NCBI GenBank assembly: GCA_049511835.1
Contig: JBEKXN010000013.1
Coordinates: forward strand, 1,058 to 65,057
Source of the DNA: Verrucomicrobiota bacterium
GTDB lineage: Bacteria > Verrucomicrobiota > Verrucomicrobiia > Limisphaerales > UBA11358
DNA length: 64,000 nt
Direction: 5' to 3'
The position numbers were made by a program, and so were the translations under genes. Under the pieces are notes generated by a model that was not told the origin of the DNA, made no database searches, and worked only from the letters and a program-made list of their open reading frames with translations. Each line of letters begins with the position of its first letter. Positions within the stretch are counted from its first letter, which is position 1. This document shows, piece after piece, positions 30,934 to 41,044 of this stretch.

Positions 30934-31013
30934 ATTTACGATGTGCGATTTACGATTTACGATGCCAATAACGACCTGGCATGTCGCGTAGATCGTATAT
31001 CGTAAATCGAAAA
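30934..31013. terminator. bidirectional hairpin built from CGTAAAT heptamers
   Basis: atttacgatgtgcgatttacgatttacgatgcc … ggcatgtcgcgtagatcgtatatcgtaaatcg between convergent genes. Same heptamer family at 2255..2288, 9997..10020 and 52172..52254. Confidence 0.55.
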
Positions 31014-31020
31014 TGGGCTG

Positions 31021-32196
31021 TTAGAACGGCCAGTTGATGCCGGCGGTAATATAAACCTGTCCGCCCAATTTCAATCGTCCTTCCCGGCCTCCGCCACTGA
31101 AGGTGGCGTCCCCCATCGGCATGTATTGTGCCCCCAGGTAAAGATCGCCGTTTTCGCCCGGAACATGATACATGACCGTGGCGTTCACATAACCGCCGTA
31201 AACCAGGTCGGTCGCTCCAAATCGTCCGCGATTGTGGGCCGTAGTGGTGCCGTTGATTGTTGTCGCGGTGATTATCTCGTCGTATTTGTAATCGCCGGAG
31301 ACGATGCCGAGGGCCGGGCCGACGCTGGCCGACAGACCCAAATGCTCGTTTAAATCCCAGTACACCGACGGCCCCAACCTCACGGTGTAGAGCATTACGT
31401 CCAGCGTGCGCGAACCGGTGACGTTACCACTACTGGTCGAAAACGTCTGGTTGGTGACTGACGGATTGTCTGGAAGCAACCACGAACTGCCGCTGAAGTT
31501 GCCATGGTAGGGCGCAGTTGGCAGATACGGGCCGGCATTAAAAGTATAAGTTGACTGGCTGATTGACGTCACCGACATGGGACGGTTGTCGGTAATGTTG
31601 ATGGGCAGCAGGCCGAATCCCAAATCCCAACCGATACGGGCACGGCCCAGATAGAAGAGATTGCCACCGTAGGCCATGTCAAATCCTGCAAACGCCGAAC
31701 CACTTTGTTCCGTGCTGCCGCTGGTGGTGAATTGCGTCGTGTTATGCATGACCAGCGTCTGGCCGTTGTATTGTGACTGGTTGTCGTAACCCCAATAAGT
31801 TGTGCCTCCCCCGAAATCTCCCGTGCTATCCTTTCGCATATACCCATCATCATAAACTCCGGGGGTATTGTTGACTTTGAACGTCCCGTTCATGTTGAAG
31901 CTGGCGCTGATATTCATCCCGACCATGGCCCCGATGCGGAAGTGGCGTGTCCAATCGTCATCCTTGGAAACTTTTTCAATCTTCCAAAAACGATCCCAAG
32001 CATCGGTGGACTGCTGCGATTGTACGCCAGGTTGCGGTTGTGGTTGGGCTTGGGTGTCGGGAGGTATGGCGACGGGACCGTTGGTATCCGGATTTTGGCC
32101 GGGTACCTGCGCTTGGGCTGAGACAATCAGCACAACCCCCGTGAAACAACCGGACAGGCACCACACAAACAAACGGGGAAAACGGGAGCTTCTCAT
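31021..32196 (-). CDS. outer-membrane beta-barrel protein
   Basis: Signal peptide, alternating Gly/aromatic beta-strand pattern, and a C-terminal …GINWPF with terminal Phe. Confidence 0.7.
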   Translation of the reverse strand: MRSSRFPRLFVWCLSGCFTGVVLIVSAQAQVPGQNPDTNGPVAIPPDTQAQPQPQPGVQSQQSTDAWDRFWKIEKVSKDDDWTRHFRIGAMVGMNISASFNMNGTFKVNNTPGVYDDGYMRKDSTGDFGGGTTYWGYDNQSQYNGQTLVMHNTTQFTTSGSTEQSGSAFAGFDMAYGGNLFYLGRARIGWDLGFGLLPINITDNRPMSVTSISQSTYTFNAGPYLPTAPYHGNFSGSSWLLPDNPSVTNQTFSTSSGNVTGSRTLDVMLYTVRLGPSVYWDLNEHLGLSASVGPALGIVSGDYKYDEIITATTINGTTTAHNRGRFGATDLVYGGYVNATVMYHVPGENGDLYLGAQYMPMGDATFSGGGREGRLKLGGQVYITAGINWPF

Positions 32197-32225
32197 AAAA
32201 TTAGTGGCGATGTCAGCTCATGCTC

Positions 32226-33665
32226 TCACGGGTTAAGGAACACGCGATAAAAACGATTGGTGCTGTTCGGCGGCGCGCTCACTGTCGTGGGCGGACCGTA
32301 ATCAATCCACGGTGTCTGATTCGCAGGGGCGACGACGGATGGCAGGGCAATCATGGCATTTGAAAACAAAACGTTGTCGCTGTAAACCACCGTGTAAATC
32401 TGACCCGGCGTGGATGGCCATTCTATCAGCATGCTGCCGATAATCAGCGGGCTGCCGGTGGTCAGCTTGAGGATGCGGGTGATGTTGACGTTCGTGCCCA
32501 CCGCCGCTGTCGGCGGAGCCAGATTGAGGTTGGTCACCGCGAACGCGTGCAACTGTCCATTGGTAAACGGGAAATAGCTCCTGGGATAAAATTGCAGCAG
32601 CAGATTCACGCTCTGGTTCGTGTTTAGCGCGGCATTGTACACCACGAAAGGATTGCCGTTATTCGTTCCCACGGCGTTAAACAACTGGTTCGTCAAACCG
32701 GTCACAACCACCCTCACGGCGGCAACGGGCGACGGCCCCGCATTCGACACCGTTATGGATTGCTCCGTCAACGCGTTTAGGAAATCGATAATCTGCCCTG
32801 AGTTGGTGAACGCTCCCAAATTGGCGGGAAAGTAGTTGGTGACGGTGATGTTGGTGCTGGCCGTGTTGTTGGCGGGGTTGGGATCGGTCACACTGGTTGA
32901 GTTGACAAACGATGAAAACGGCAGGACGCCCGCGTTGGTCGGCTGAACCGTCAGGAGCAAATTGGTGAAAGCGCCGCTGGCCAGCGTGCCCAAGTTGAAA
33001 ATGACGTTGCTGCCGCTGCCAAGGCGCGTGATGGTGGGCGAGACGCTTTTATACCCCACACCGGTAGGCAGTGTGTTGGTGAGCATGACATTGGACGCGG
33101 CGCTTGGCCCCAGATTCGTGACGCTCACGCCATAAGTCATCCAATCGTTGGTGAAGACCGCCGACGGCGGCCCCGTCATCGCCACTGCGAGATCCGCCAA
33201 TGTCGCCGGGACGCTGGTGACTTGGATGACGATGTTGGTGGTAAAATTGGTCTGACCGACAACATTGAAAGTCACCGTGTTGGTGATGAGCCCGACTGCG
33301 GTGGGTTGGGCGATGACGGTCATTTGGGCAACCTCATTCCCACCTATCCCAAACTGGCCAAGGTTGAATATCACGACATTGCCGTTATTCGTCGTGGAAA
33401 CACCTGGATAGACGTAGGTGTTGGTGGCACTGACAAACGTGGACTGAACGTCCAACGTGTTGGTCACAATGACAATCGGATACCCGCCTGATAAGCCTGC
33501 TAGATTGGTCAGATTGATGGTGTAGGTCAGGTTGGAATTCAACAAAACAGGATCGGGCGAACCCGACAGGGAATAGAAATACTCGAAACTCTGCGCCTCG
33601 ACCCGGGTGACGACGGCCATCAGCGCCAGCAGTGCCAACATCCGTAAACTGGAAAAAATCTTCAT
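32226..33665 (-). CDS. secreted DUF11-repeat protein with C-terminal FYR module
   Basis: LADLAVAMTGPP…VSVTNLGPSAASNVMLTNTLPTGV is a DUF11 repeat. Ends …NRFYRVFLNP. Confidence 0.8.
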   Translation of the reverse strand: MKIFSSLRMLALLALMAVVTRVEAQSFEYFYSLSGSPDPVLLNSNLTYTINLTNLAGLSGGYPIVIVTNTLDVQSTFVSATNTYVYPGVSTTNNGNVVIFNLGQFGIGGNEVAQMTVIAQPTAVGLITNTVTFNVVGQTNFTTNIVIQVTSVPATLADLAVAMTGPPSAVFTNDWMTYGVSVTNLGPSAASNVMLTNTLPTGVGYKSVSPTITRLGSGSNVIFNLGTLASGAFTNLLLTVQPTNAGVLPFSSFVNSTSVTDPNPANNTASTNITVTNYFPANLGAFTNSGQIIDFLNALTEQSITVSNAGPSPVAAVRVVVTGLTNQLFNAVGTNNGNPFVVYNAALNTNQSVNLLLQFYPRSYFPFTNGQLHAFAVTNLNLAPPTAAVGTNVNITRILKLTTGSPLIIGSMLIEWPSTPGQIYTVVYSDNVLFSNAMIALPSVVAPANQTPWIDYGPPTTVSAPPNSTNRFYRVFLNP

Positions 33666-34126
33666 CTTAAAGGACGGAATCAATGTGTTTCCGAACTTAA
33701 ACAGTGGTAAAGTGCGAAAGTTTCAAGGTTTTGGCAATCTTTTGTGTCCGGTGGCAGCCCAAAAAGTGGCACCCCTTATTTTTCCTTCTTAAAAACTAAT
33801 TCCCCGGCCCGCCCGGAAAAAGAAGCTTCTGCTGAATCCGAACTCCGAAATAGAAAAGTGAGCGGGCGGACGAGGCCACGCCGGAGTGCGCCCGTCCTCG
33901 GGCGCAGCAACTGGCTTCATTCAAGACACAGAACATTTCCTAACTGCTCGCCCATCACGCTTTGCTGCGGCCGGGACGGCCGCACTCCGCTAATGCAGAA
34001 ATTTAACTTCGGAATTCGGGTTGAAAACATTAATGCAGATTCAACTGGACAAAATTTTTTCCTGGTCAAGATTGGTCGTGCCAATAAATGATGCGCCCAA
34101 CTTCAAACCCGAACCCAGGAATTGAT

Positions 34127-35215
34127 ATGAAAAACTTTCTATTGATGAGGACATTGACCCTGCTGACCGGCGTCGCTCTTGCAGTCGCCGCCCGCACGGC
34201 GGAGGCGAAATTGACGGTCGGCGATCCGGCGCCAAAACTCCAGGCCGCCAAATGGGTGCAAGGCGATCCGGTGAAGGCGTTCGACACCAACCACGTTTAC
34301 ATCGTCGAATTCTGGGCCACCTGGTGCGGCCCCTGCCGCGCGTCCATCCCACATTTGAATGAATTATGGCAGAAATTCAAAGACCGGGGACTCATCGCCA
34401 TTGGACAGGATGTCTGGGAACAGAATGAAGACAAGGTCGCGCCGTTCGTGAAAAAAATGGGCGACCAGATGACCTACCGTGTCGCCCTCGACAACAAAAG
34501 CAGCGACACCAAAGGCGTCATGGCGGTGACCTGGATGGACGCGGCTGATCAAAACGGCATTCCCACCGCCTTCATCGTCAACCAACAGGGGCGCATCGCC
34601 TGGATCGGCCATCCGATGGCGTTGGACGAAAAGACGTTGGAAGACATTCTGGCCGGCCGTTTTGACATCACCAAGTATGCCGCGGAATACGAAAGTCAAC
34701 AACAGATCCAGGCCCAACAGATGGAATTGTCCAAAAAACTCAGGACGGCCCTCAAAAACAAGGATTGGGACGCCGCCGAGGCGGCGATTGCCGAGATGAA
34801 AAAGTCGGAGCCTGCCATGGGCGACAGTCTTGATACCGTCCGGTTCCCCATTCTGCTGGGCCGGAAGAATTACGCCGAGGCCTACAAACTGGCCGAGTCC
34901 TTGAGCAACGCGCATCCGAAGAACGCGATGCTGCAAAATTCCCTCGCTTGGACCATCGCCGCCCAGCCCGGACTGGAGAAGCGCGACCTGGCGCTTGCCG
35001 AAAAAATGGCCGTGCGGGCAAACGAAGCCGCCCAGGGCAAGGAACCGGCCGTTTTGGACACGCTCGCCCGGGTCCAGTTCATGAACGGCAAAACCAACGA
35101 AGCCATCGTCACCGAACAAAAGGCGTTGGACATTGCCCCGGATGAACAAAAAGCTTTTTTAAAGAAATTCCTGGCAGACTACCAGCAGGGCAAACTGCCG
35201 GAGATAAAGCAGTAA
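34127..35215 (+). CDS. TlpA/redoxin-like thiol-disulfide oxidoreductase fused to TPR-like domain
   Basis: Signal peptide, the FWATWCGPC thioredoxin motif, and a C-terminal helical repeat region. Confidence 0.85.
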   Translation: MKNFLLMRTLTLLTGVALAVAARTAEAKLTVGDPAPKLQAAKWVQGDPVKAFDTNHVYIVEFWATWCGPCRASIPHLNELWQKFKDRGLIAIGQDVWEQNEDKVAPFVKKMGDQMTYRVALDNKSSDTKGVMAVTWMDAADQNGIPTAFIVNQQGRIAWIGHPMALDEKTLEDILAGRFDITKYAAEYESQQQIQAQQMELSKKLRTALKNKDWDAAEAAIAEMKKSEPAMGDSLDTVRFPILLGRKNYAEAYKLAESLSNAHPKNAMLQNSLAWTIAAQPGLEKRDLALAEKMAVRANEAAQGKEPAVLDTLARVQFMNGKTNEAIVTEQKALDIAPDEQKAFLKKFLADYQQGKLPEIKQ

Positions 35216-35373
35216 TTGCTTTTCCCAAACCGCTGCTCCCGGTTCCGCGCTAATTCGACCCGGTTGCGCCCCGTTTTATTGTACAGTTTCATTTTTCGGT
35301 GGGGCGAGCGCCCGTCGGGTCGAAATCAAATGAAGACCGATCCCCGCGAGCCGCTCGGAGTTCGTTTCCCAGA

Positions 35374-35436
35374 TTTGGAGTGCGGTGACATGTCACCGCT
35401 TTTAAAAGCGCCGACGTGTCGGCGCAATCCCAAACT
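35374..35436. repeat. twin-hairpin REP element (…GDMSPLLKA… family)
   Basis: gcggtgacatgtcaccgc plus gcgccgacgtgtcggcgc. A second copy lies at 37128..37185. Confidence 0.7.
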
Positions 35437-35532
35437 TTTGGCTCGTCAGCAGCCTCGCCCCACCAAACGGGACCACAGCCCATTTCTGCTTCTCAATCAC
35501 CACCGGCTGCGGCAAGCTGGCCGCACCATTCT

Positions 35533-36768
35533 ATGCGCATCCTGATTGCCACCGTCACGGCCGGGGGCGGGCATATCGCCGCCGCCGCCGCCCTGGAGGA
35601 AGCCTGGCGCGCCTTGCGCCCGGACGACGCCGTCGAACGGCTCGACCTCATCAAGTTTTTCTCGCCGCTCCATAAAACACTGCACGCGGACGGCTACATG
35701 CAACTCGTCGAACGCGCTCCGGAACTCTGGGGCATGTTTTTCGGCAAGACGGACAATCCCAAAATCGTCCGCCGCCTGAACAAAGTACGCCGCGCGTTTC
35801 CCAGCAACTCGCGCAAAAAATTCATGCGCCATCTGAAGCAGTTCAAACCCGACGTGGTGCTCTGTACGCATTTCTCGCCGTTCGAATCTCTGGCGTTGCT
35901 CAAATCCTCGGAGGGCGGAGTTTCCACCCTCCGTAGCAAAGCCACTGCGGAGGACGGGCCACGACGCCCCAATTTAATTGCGAAAATGAGGGCTCGCAGA
36001 GCTCGCCCCTCCGAAAGCTACAAACACCCCTTCATCGTCAGCATCGTGACGGATTTTGAGGCGCACGCGCTGTGGATGGACGCTTGCGTGGACTTGTATT
36101 GCGTCGCCGCCGAGGAAACCAAGGCGCGGCTGGTCGCGCGCGGCGCCACGGCGACCAACGTCGTGGCCACCGGCATTCCCGTCGGCGCCAAATTCCTGTC
36201 GAAACCCGACCCGCGCGCCGTTCGCAAAAACTACGGTCTGCGCGATGACCAGCCGGTGCTGCTTGTGCTCGGCGGCGGCTTCGGCATGGGACCGGTCGCG
36301 GAAATCCTGGCCGAACTTGACAAGGTGCCGGGCCAGTTCCAGACCCTCGTCGTCACCGGCCGCAACGAGGAATTGCGGCGCAAACTCGCCACGCAAACCC
36401 GCAAGCACCCGACCCACGTGTTGGGCTATTCGACCAACATGCACGAGCTGATGGCCGTGGCCGACCTCATCATCACCAAGCCCGGCGGGCTGACCACGTC
36501 CGAGGCGCTGGCGCTGGGCAAACCGCTGTTCATCCTGAACCCGATTCCCGGCCAGGAGGCGGCCAACAGCGATTTCCTGCTCGAACGTGGTGCCGCCGCC
36601 AAGGTCAACCGCGTTGAAGATTTGCCGTTCCGCATCGAAAAACTGCTCGGCTCGAAGAAACTCGCTGAAATGGCCCGGGCCGCCAAATCACTGGGCCGCC
36701 CGCAATCAGCCACCGCCGTCTGCCGGGAAGTTTTGAAACGGTTTTTAACCACGGATGAACCCAGATGA
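35533..36768 (+). CDS. GT28 diacylglycerol glycosyltransferase (MGDG synthase / UgtP-like)
   Basis: MRILIATVTAGGGHIAAAAAL start, and C-terminal …LITKPGGLTTSEALA…P.PGQE..N…. Carries an in-frame repeat insertion at 35909..36024. Confidence 0.85.
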   Translation: MRILIATVTAGGGHIAAAAALEEAWRALRPDDAVERLDLIKFFSPLHKTLHADGYMQLVERAPELWGMFFGKTDNPKIVRRLNKVRRAFPSNSRKKFMRHLKQFKPDVVLCTHFSPFESLALLKSSEGGVSTLRSKATAEDGPRRPNLIAKMRARRARPSESYKHPFIVSIVTDFEAHALWMDACVDLYCVAAEETKARLVARGATATNVVATGIPVGAKFLSKPDPRAVRKNYGLRDDQPVLLVLGGGFGMGPVAEILAELDKVPGQFQTLVVTGRNEELRRKLATQTRKHPTHVLGYSTNMHELMAVADLIITKPGGLTTSEALALGKPLFILNPIPGQEAANSDFLLERGAAAKVNRVEDLPFRIEKLLGSKKLAEMARAAKSLGRPQSATAVCREVLKRFLTTDEPR

Positions 36769-37213
36769 ACACGGATTCATTTCAATGCAAAGACACCAAG
36801 GCGCAAAGTCCTGACACGGATTCCACAAATTATCACGAATTTAAATGCGCTGAAGGCGCTACGGAAATTAGCCCGGGGTTGGCTTGTCGCGCCGAGGCTG
36901 GGCGAAGGCGGAAGCAAGACTACCCCGGGTAAATCGTCCCACAAAATTTATTCCTCGCCCGTGGAAACGGGAGAGGATGTCCGCAGGACAGGTGAGGGAC
37001 GTCAGGGAAAATCAAACTCCTGCCGCAGGCTGGATGAGGTGTCCCCTATTCGCGAGCGGGCCAAGGTGATCGGGGTGATCAAATCAATGTCCGCCACCGG
37101 GAAAAAGTGCCAACCAATTTTGAATCGTTTTGGAGTGCGGCGACATGTCGCCGCTTTTGAAAGCGCGGACACGTCCGCGCACTTCATAACCCGAAATGCC
37201 AGACGCAAAATCC

Positions 37214-38032
37214 TCACCCCCGCTGCCGGGTGGCTTCGTAAAGGAATATTCCCGTGGCGACGGCCACGTTCAGTGAATTCATATGGGACGGCATCGGGAT
37301 TTCCACCAGGTCGTCGCACGCCGCCAGCACAGCCGCCGTGAGGCCCGGCCCTTCCGCGCCAAACACCAGGCAGCAGTCGCTCCGCAAATCCACGTCGGTC
37401 AGCTTCTTTGATCCGGGCCGGGGATGCGCGGCCAGACACCGCACCCCTCGCGCCCGCAACGCCGTCAGTTTTTCCACCAGATTGTCCACCTTCACCAGCG
37501 GTTGCTCGAAGGTGGCGCCCATGGCGCCGGAAACCGCGCGGCGCTGGAATGGACTGCCACACGTCTCGCCCACGATCAGAAAATGCGCGCCAAAAGCCGC
37601 GCAGTTCCGGACCACCGCGCCCAGATTTTCCGCGCTGGCAATGCCCTCCACGGCGGCGAGCAGCATCGGATGCGACACATTTTTCAGGAGCGTTTCAAAA
37701 TCCGGCTGCGGCGGAATTTTGGCCACGGCCAGCGCACCCTGATGCAACTGGTAGCCGGTGATGGTTTCCAGCAGCTTCCGTTCGCCGACATAGACGCAGA
37801 TCTCTTCTTCCGGCCGGGCGCGCAGCAGCGGTTCGAGCTGTTCCAGCCACGCGGGCGTGAGCAATGCGGAGACGACGGTGTACCGGCTCGCCAGCAGCCG
37901 CTTGACCACCTTGATATTGGTGGCCACCAGCACGCCGGCCCGCTCGTGTTCCTCGACGCGGCGGAGGGTCTGATACAATGCCAGTTCCGGCGCGTCGAGC
38001 GATTGAACCGGTTGGATGTGCAAGTTTGCCAC
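37214..38032 (-). CDS. TrmH/SpoU family RNA 2'-O-methyltransferase
   Basis: …EGIASAENLGAVVRN…, …LVFGAEGPGL…, …IPM…SLNVAVATGIFLYE. Confidence 0.9.
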   Translation of the reverse strand: MANLHIQPVQSLDAPELALYQTLRRVEEHERAGVLVATNIKVVKRLLASRYTVVSALLTPAWLEQLEPLLRARPEEEICVYVGERKLLETITGYQLHQGALAVAKIPPQPDFETLLKNVSHPMLLAAVEGIASAENLGAVVRNCAAFGAHFLIVGETCGSPFQRRAVSGAMGATFEQPLVKVDNLVEKLTALRARGVRCLAAHPRPGSKKLTDVDLRSDCCLVFGAEGPGLTAAVLAACDDLVEIPMPSHMNSLNVAVATGIFLYEATRQRG

Positions 38033-38175
38033 GCCGGAATTAAACCGCGCGGCAACAGCAATGAAAAGCGCGAAGAAAAACCAGGGCTGGCAGACTCATT
38101 GTCGGCAACCGCTCAAACGATTTTTGGAAAAATGAAAATGTTTAAGCCGCGCGAGGGAGCAGAATGTAAAGAGAG

Positions 38176-38266
38176 TTTTTACGAGCAGTTCATTCGCGCT
38201 GATGCGCGGGACGGGCACAGTCTCGACACGTAAATCGTTCACACCGCGAAAGACGACAGCACGCAT
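38176..38266 (-). pseudogene. orphan N-terminal fragment of a zinc-type (MDR) alcohol dehydrogenase
   Basis: MRAVVFRGVNDLRVETVPVPRISANELLVK matches the usual MDR-ADH start, then degenerates after about 30 codons. Confidence 0.55.
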
Positions 38267-38397
38267 GGTTTTCGGAATGTTAAACACAGTGGGGATTTTA
38301 ACCGCGGATTACACGGATGGACACGGATTTTTTCACTGGATTTCAGCCCAGTTTATGTGCTGGCAGTTGAAGAGAAGCATCGGTAGTATCCGCACCC

Positions 38398-40983
38398 GTG
38401 TTCGCACATGCGCTAACGATTTTTGTTGGGGCTTTCCTGCTTTTCCAAGTGCAACCACTGATTGGCAAATACATCTTGCCGTGGTTTGGCGGCACACCCA
38501 GCGTCTGGACAATCTGCATGTTATTTTTTCAGCTGTTGCTGCTGGGTGGCTATGCTTATGCTCATTTCACCTCCCGCTGGCTCAAAATACGCACCCAAGT
38601 GATATTATATCTCGCCCTGCTTGTCGCGGCGTTGGCGTTGTTGCCCATTACGCCCTCCGATTCCTGGAAGCCGAGTGGCAGCGAGGATCCGACATTTCAA
38701 ATTCTTGGCTTACTGGCCGTAAGCATCGGTCTCCCCTATTTCGTCCTTTCATCCACTGGTCCGTTGATGCAACACTGGTTTAACCGCACCAACCCCGGCG
38801 TTTCACCCTACCGGCTCTACGCGCTCTCAAACATCGGTTCACTGCTGGCACTCATCAGTTATCCGGTTTATTTTGAGGCATATTTCACACGCATAACGCA
38901 GGCCATGTTATGGGGATGCGGACTGGTTGTGTATACCGTTTGCGGCGGTTTCTGCGCAGTGAAATTATGGAAGACAGCAGGTGGAGGAGGCTGCATAACA
39001 AATGGCGGAAGGCGTAAGTCCAAAGAGTCGGAGAGTCAGGAAGCGGGCTTTCAAAAACAGGAGTTTGTATCCTTCAACTCTCAACCTTTAACCTTTGACC
39101 ATCTTTTGTGGCTGTTGCTGCCAGCCTGTGCTTCCGTGCTCCTGCTGGCAACAACAAACAAGATTTGTCAGGAAGTGGCCGTGGTTCCATTCCTCTGGGT
39201 GCTGCCACTGGCGCTATACCTGTTAAGCTTCATCATCTGCTTCGATAACCCACGCTGGTATGCACGCCTCCCATTTATCCTGGCGCTCACCGCGGCAGCA
39301 GGTGGCATCTGCTGGATATTACCCAAACAGACAGGGATATCCATCGAATTACAATTGGGCATTTATTCCGCAGGACTTTTCATTTGCTGCATGGTTTGCC
39401 ATGGTGAACTTTACCGCCTCAAACCCGACCCCAGACATTTGACGGGATTTTACTTGATGATTGCCGCCGGTGGCGCGCTAGGTGGATTCTTCGTCGCCAT
39501 CGATGCGCCGATAATCTTCACCGACTATTTTGAATTACAATGGGGCCTTTTGCTTTGCGTTTTGCTGTTCCTGTTCGTCTGTTTACGCGATTGGAACTCC
39601 AACAGCTTCAGGCGGTGGCGCTTACCGGCGTGCATCTGGTTATCGGTGAGTTTGGTGGCCCTCGGTGCCGTTTTGTGGCTGCAAGCAGATAAGACTGCTT
39701 CTGGTTTGATTTACCGGTCGCGGAACTTTTATGGCGTATTGAAGGTGTTCAAGCGTGAGAATCGCAAATTAGGCGCGCAATGTTTCGAGCTTATGCATGG
39801 GGAAACATTACATGGTTTGCAATTCACCGACCCATTGCGAGCCTCCTGGCCGACAGGTTACTATAGTGAAGAGAGTGGCATCGGATTGGCCTTGCACGCC
39901 ATGCCGGCCGGCCACCGGCGCATTGGCGTGGTGGGACTGGGTGTCGGCACGCTGGCCACCTACGCACAACCGGGAGATGACGTCCATTTTTATGAAATCA
40001 ACCCGGAAGTGCTGCAGCTGGCCACCACGGGGTTCAAATATCTCACTAACTGTCAGGGAAAAGTGGAAATCACCCTCGGCGACGCTCGCCTTTCGCTGGA
40101 AAAGGAGCCCGCGCAGGATTTCGATCTGCTTGCCCTCGACGCCTTTAGCAGTGATGCCATCCCCGTGCATCTATTAACCCGGGAAGCTTTCACAGTTTAC
40201 CAACGGCATTTGAAACCCAATGGCATCTTCGCAGTGCACATCACAAACCGTTCCCTCGATCTCGAGCCGGTGGTCATCAACCTCGCCCGTCACTTCAACT
40301 ACAAGGTGACCGTCATTGATGATATTTCAAACACTAATAAATGGTGGATTTATGACTCCACGTGGATGCTGCTATCGCACAGCGAAGAGATCATCAATTC
40401 CCCCGCCATTCATCTGGCCTCCCGACCGTTACAGACCAACCGGGTGAGCATCCCGCTTTGGACGGATGATTTCGCCAGTTTGTTTCAAATTCTACGTTCC
40501 GAAGCAGGCCCGCAAAGCGATTCCAAATTCGCGGAGGAACAGTGCGGAATCGCCTTAAATTTCTATGACCAGGGGGATTTTGCCGCGGCCATTGCCCAAT
40601 TTCACCACGCCTTGAAGACCCTTCCGCACTCACCCATTCTGCTCAGCAACCTGGGTTTTCTGCTGGCCACCTGTCCGGACGCATCGTTGCGCGACCTGCC
40701 GGAGGCAACCCGGCTGGCTGAAGAATCCTGTCGTTTGACGTTTTACACATCGTCCTCTGTGAGCACCCTCGCGGCGGTCTATTCCGAAGCCGGCCGGTTT
40801 CCCGACGCAATTTGGATGGCGGAAAAGGCCTGCGCCCTGGCCGAGCAATCGGGTGAACAGGAACTGTTGAAAAAAAATCAGGAACTGCTCGGATTGTATC
40901 GCGCACACCGGCGGTATGATGAAGCGGGAAGCCCGAATCAAACAGATCCGTCAACCACCCAGCCGTCTCCCGGTCAACATTGA
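38398..40983 (+). CDS. fused polytopic membrane / spermidine-synthase-like methyltransferase-fold / TPR protein
   Basis: N-terminal TM bundle, a spermidine-synthase-like core (IGVVGLGVGTLA…FDLLALDAFSSDAIPVHLLT) and TPR units at the C-terminus. Region looks AT-richer. Confidence 0.8.
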   Translation: MFAHALTIFVGAFLLFQVQPLIGKYILPWFGGTPSVWTICMLFFQLLLLGGYAYAHFTSRWLKIRTQVILYLALLVAALALLPITPSDSWKPSGSEDPTFQILGLLAVSIGLPYFVLSSTGPLMQHWFNRTNPGVSPYRLYALSNIGSLLALISYPVYFEAYFTRITQAMLWGCGLVVYTVCGGFCAVKLWKTAGGGGCITNGGRRKSKESESQEAGFQKQEFVSFNSQPLTFDHLLWLLLPACASVLLLATTNKICQEVAVVPFLWVLPLALYLLSFIICFDNPRWYARLPFILALTAAAGGICWILPKQTGISIELQLGIYSAGLFICCMVCHGELYRLKPDPRHLTGFYLMIAAGGALGGFFVAIDAPIIFTDYFELQWGLLLCVLLFLFVCLRDWNSNSFRRWRLPACIWLSVSLVALGAVLWLQADKTASGLIYRSRNFYGVLKVFKRENRKLGAQCFELMHGETLHGLQFTDPLRASWPTGYYSEESGIGLALHAMPAGHRRIGVVGLGVGTLATYAQPGDDVHFYEINPEVLQLATTGFKYLTNCQGKVEITLGDARLSLEKEPAQDFDLLALDAFSSDAIPVHLLTREAFTVYQRHLKPNGIFAVHITNRSLDLEPVVINLARHFNYKVTVIDDISNTNKWWIYDSTWMLLSHSEEIINSPAIHLASRPLQTNRVSIPLWTDDFASLFQILRSEAGPQSDSKFAEEQCGIALNFYDQGDFAAAIAQFHHALKTLPHSPILLSNLGFLLATCPDASLRDLPEATRLAEESCRLTFYTSSSVSTLAAVYSEAGRFPDAIWMAEKACALAEQSGEQELLKKNQELLGLYRAHRRYDEAGSPNQTDPSTTQPSPGQH

Positions 40984-41044
40984 AAAGCTTGTCCCCGACG
41001 CCCGGTGAATTATCTTTCCGGGAAGTGAAAGCAAATTGGAATCG

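Noticed and set aside
36769-37213. ORFs of 61-186 aa and possible small RNA genes in the repeat-filled intergenic region (also 35216..35532, 33684..34087 and 58866..59185)
   Set aside because: The sequence is made of recognisable dispersed palindromes (gcggcgacatgtcgccgc, gcgcggacacgtccgcgc, …ctgcgcccggggacaggcgcactccgg…). I could fold no tRNA cloverleaf, and saw no rRNA or other known RNA signature.
37424-38233. 269-aa ORF on the + strand
   Set aside because: Antisense shadow of the TrmH-family gene.
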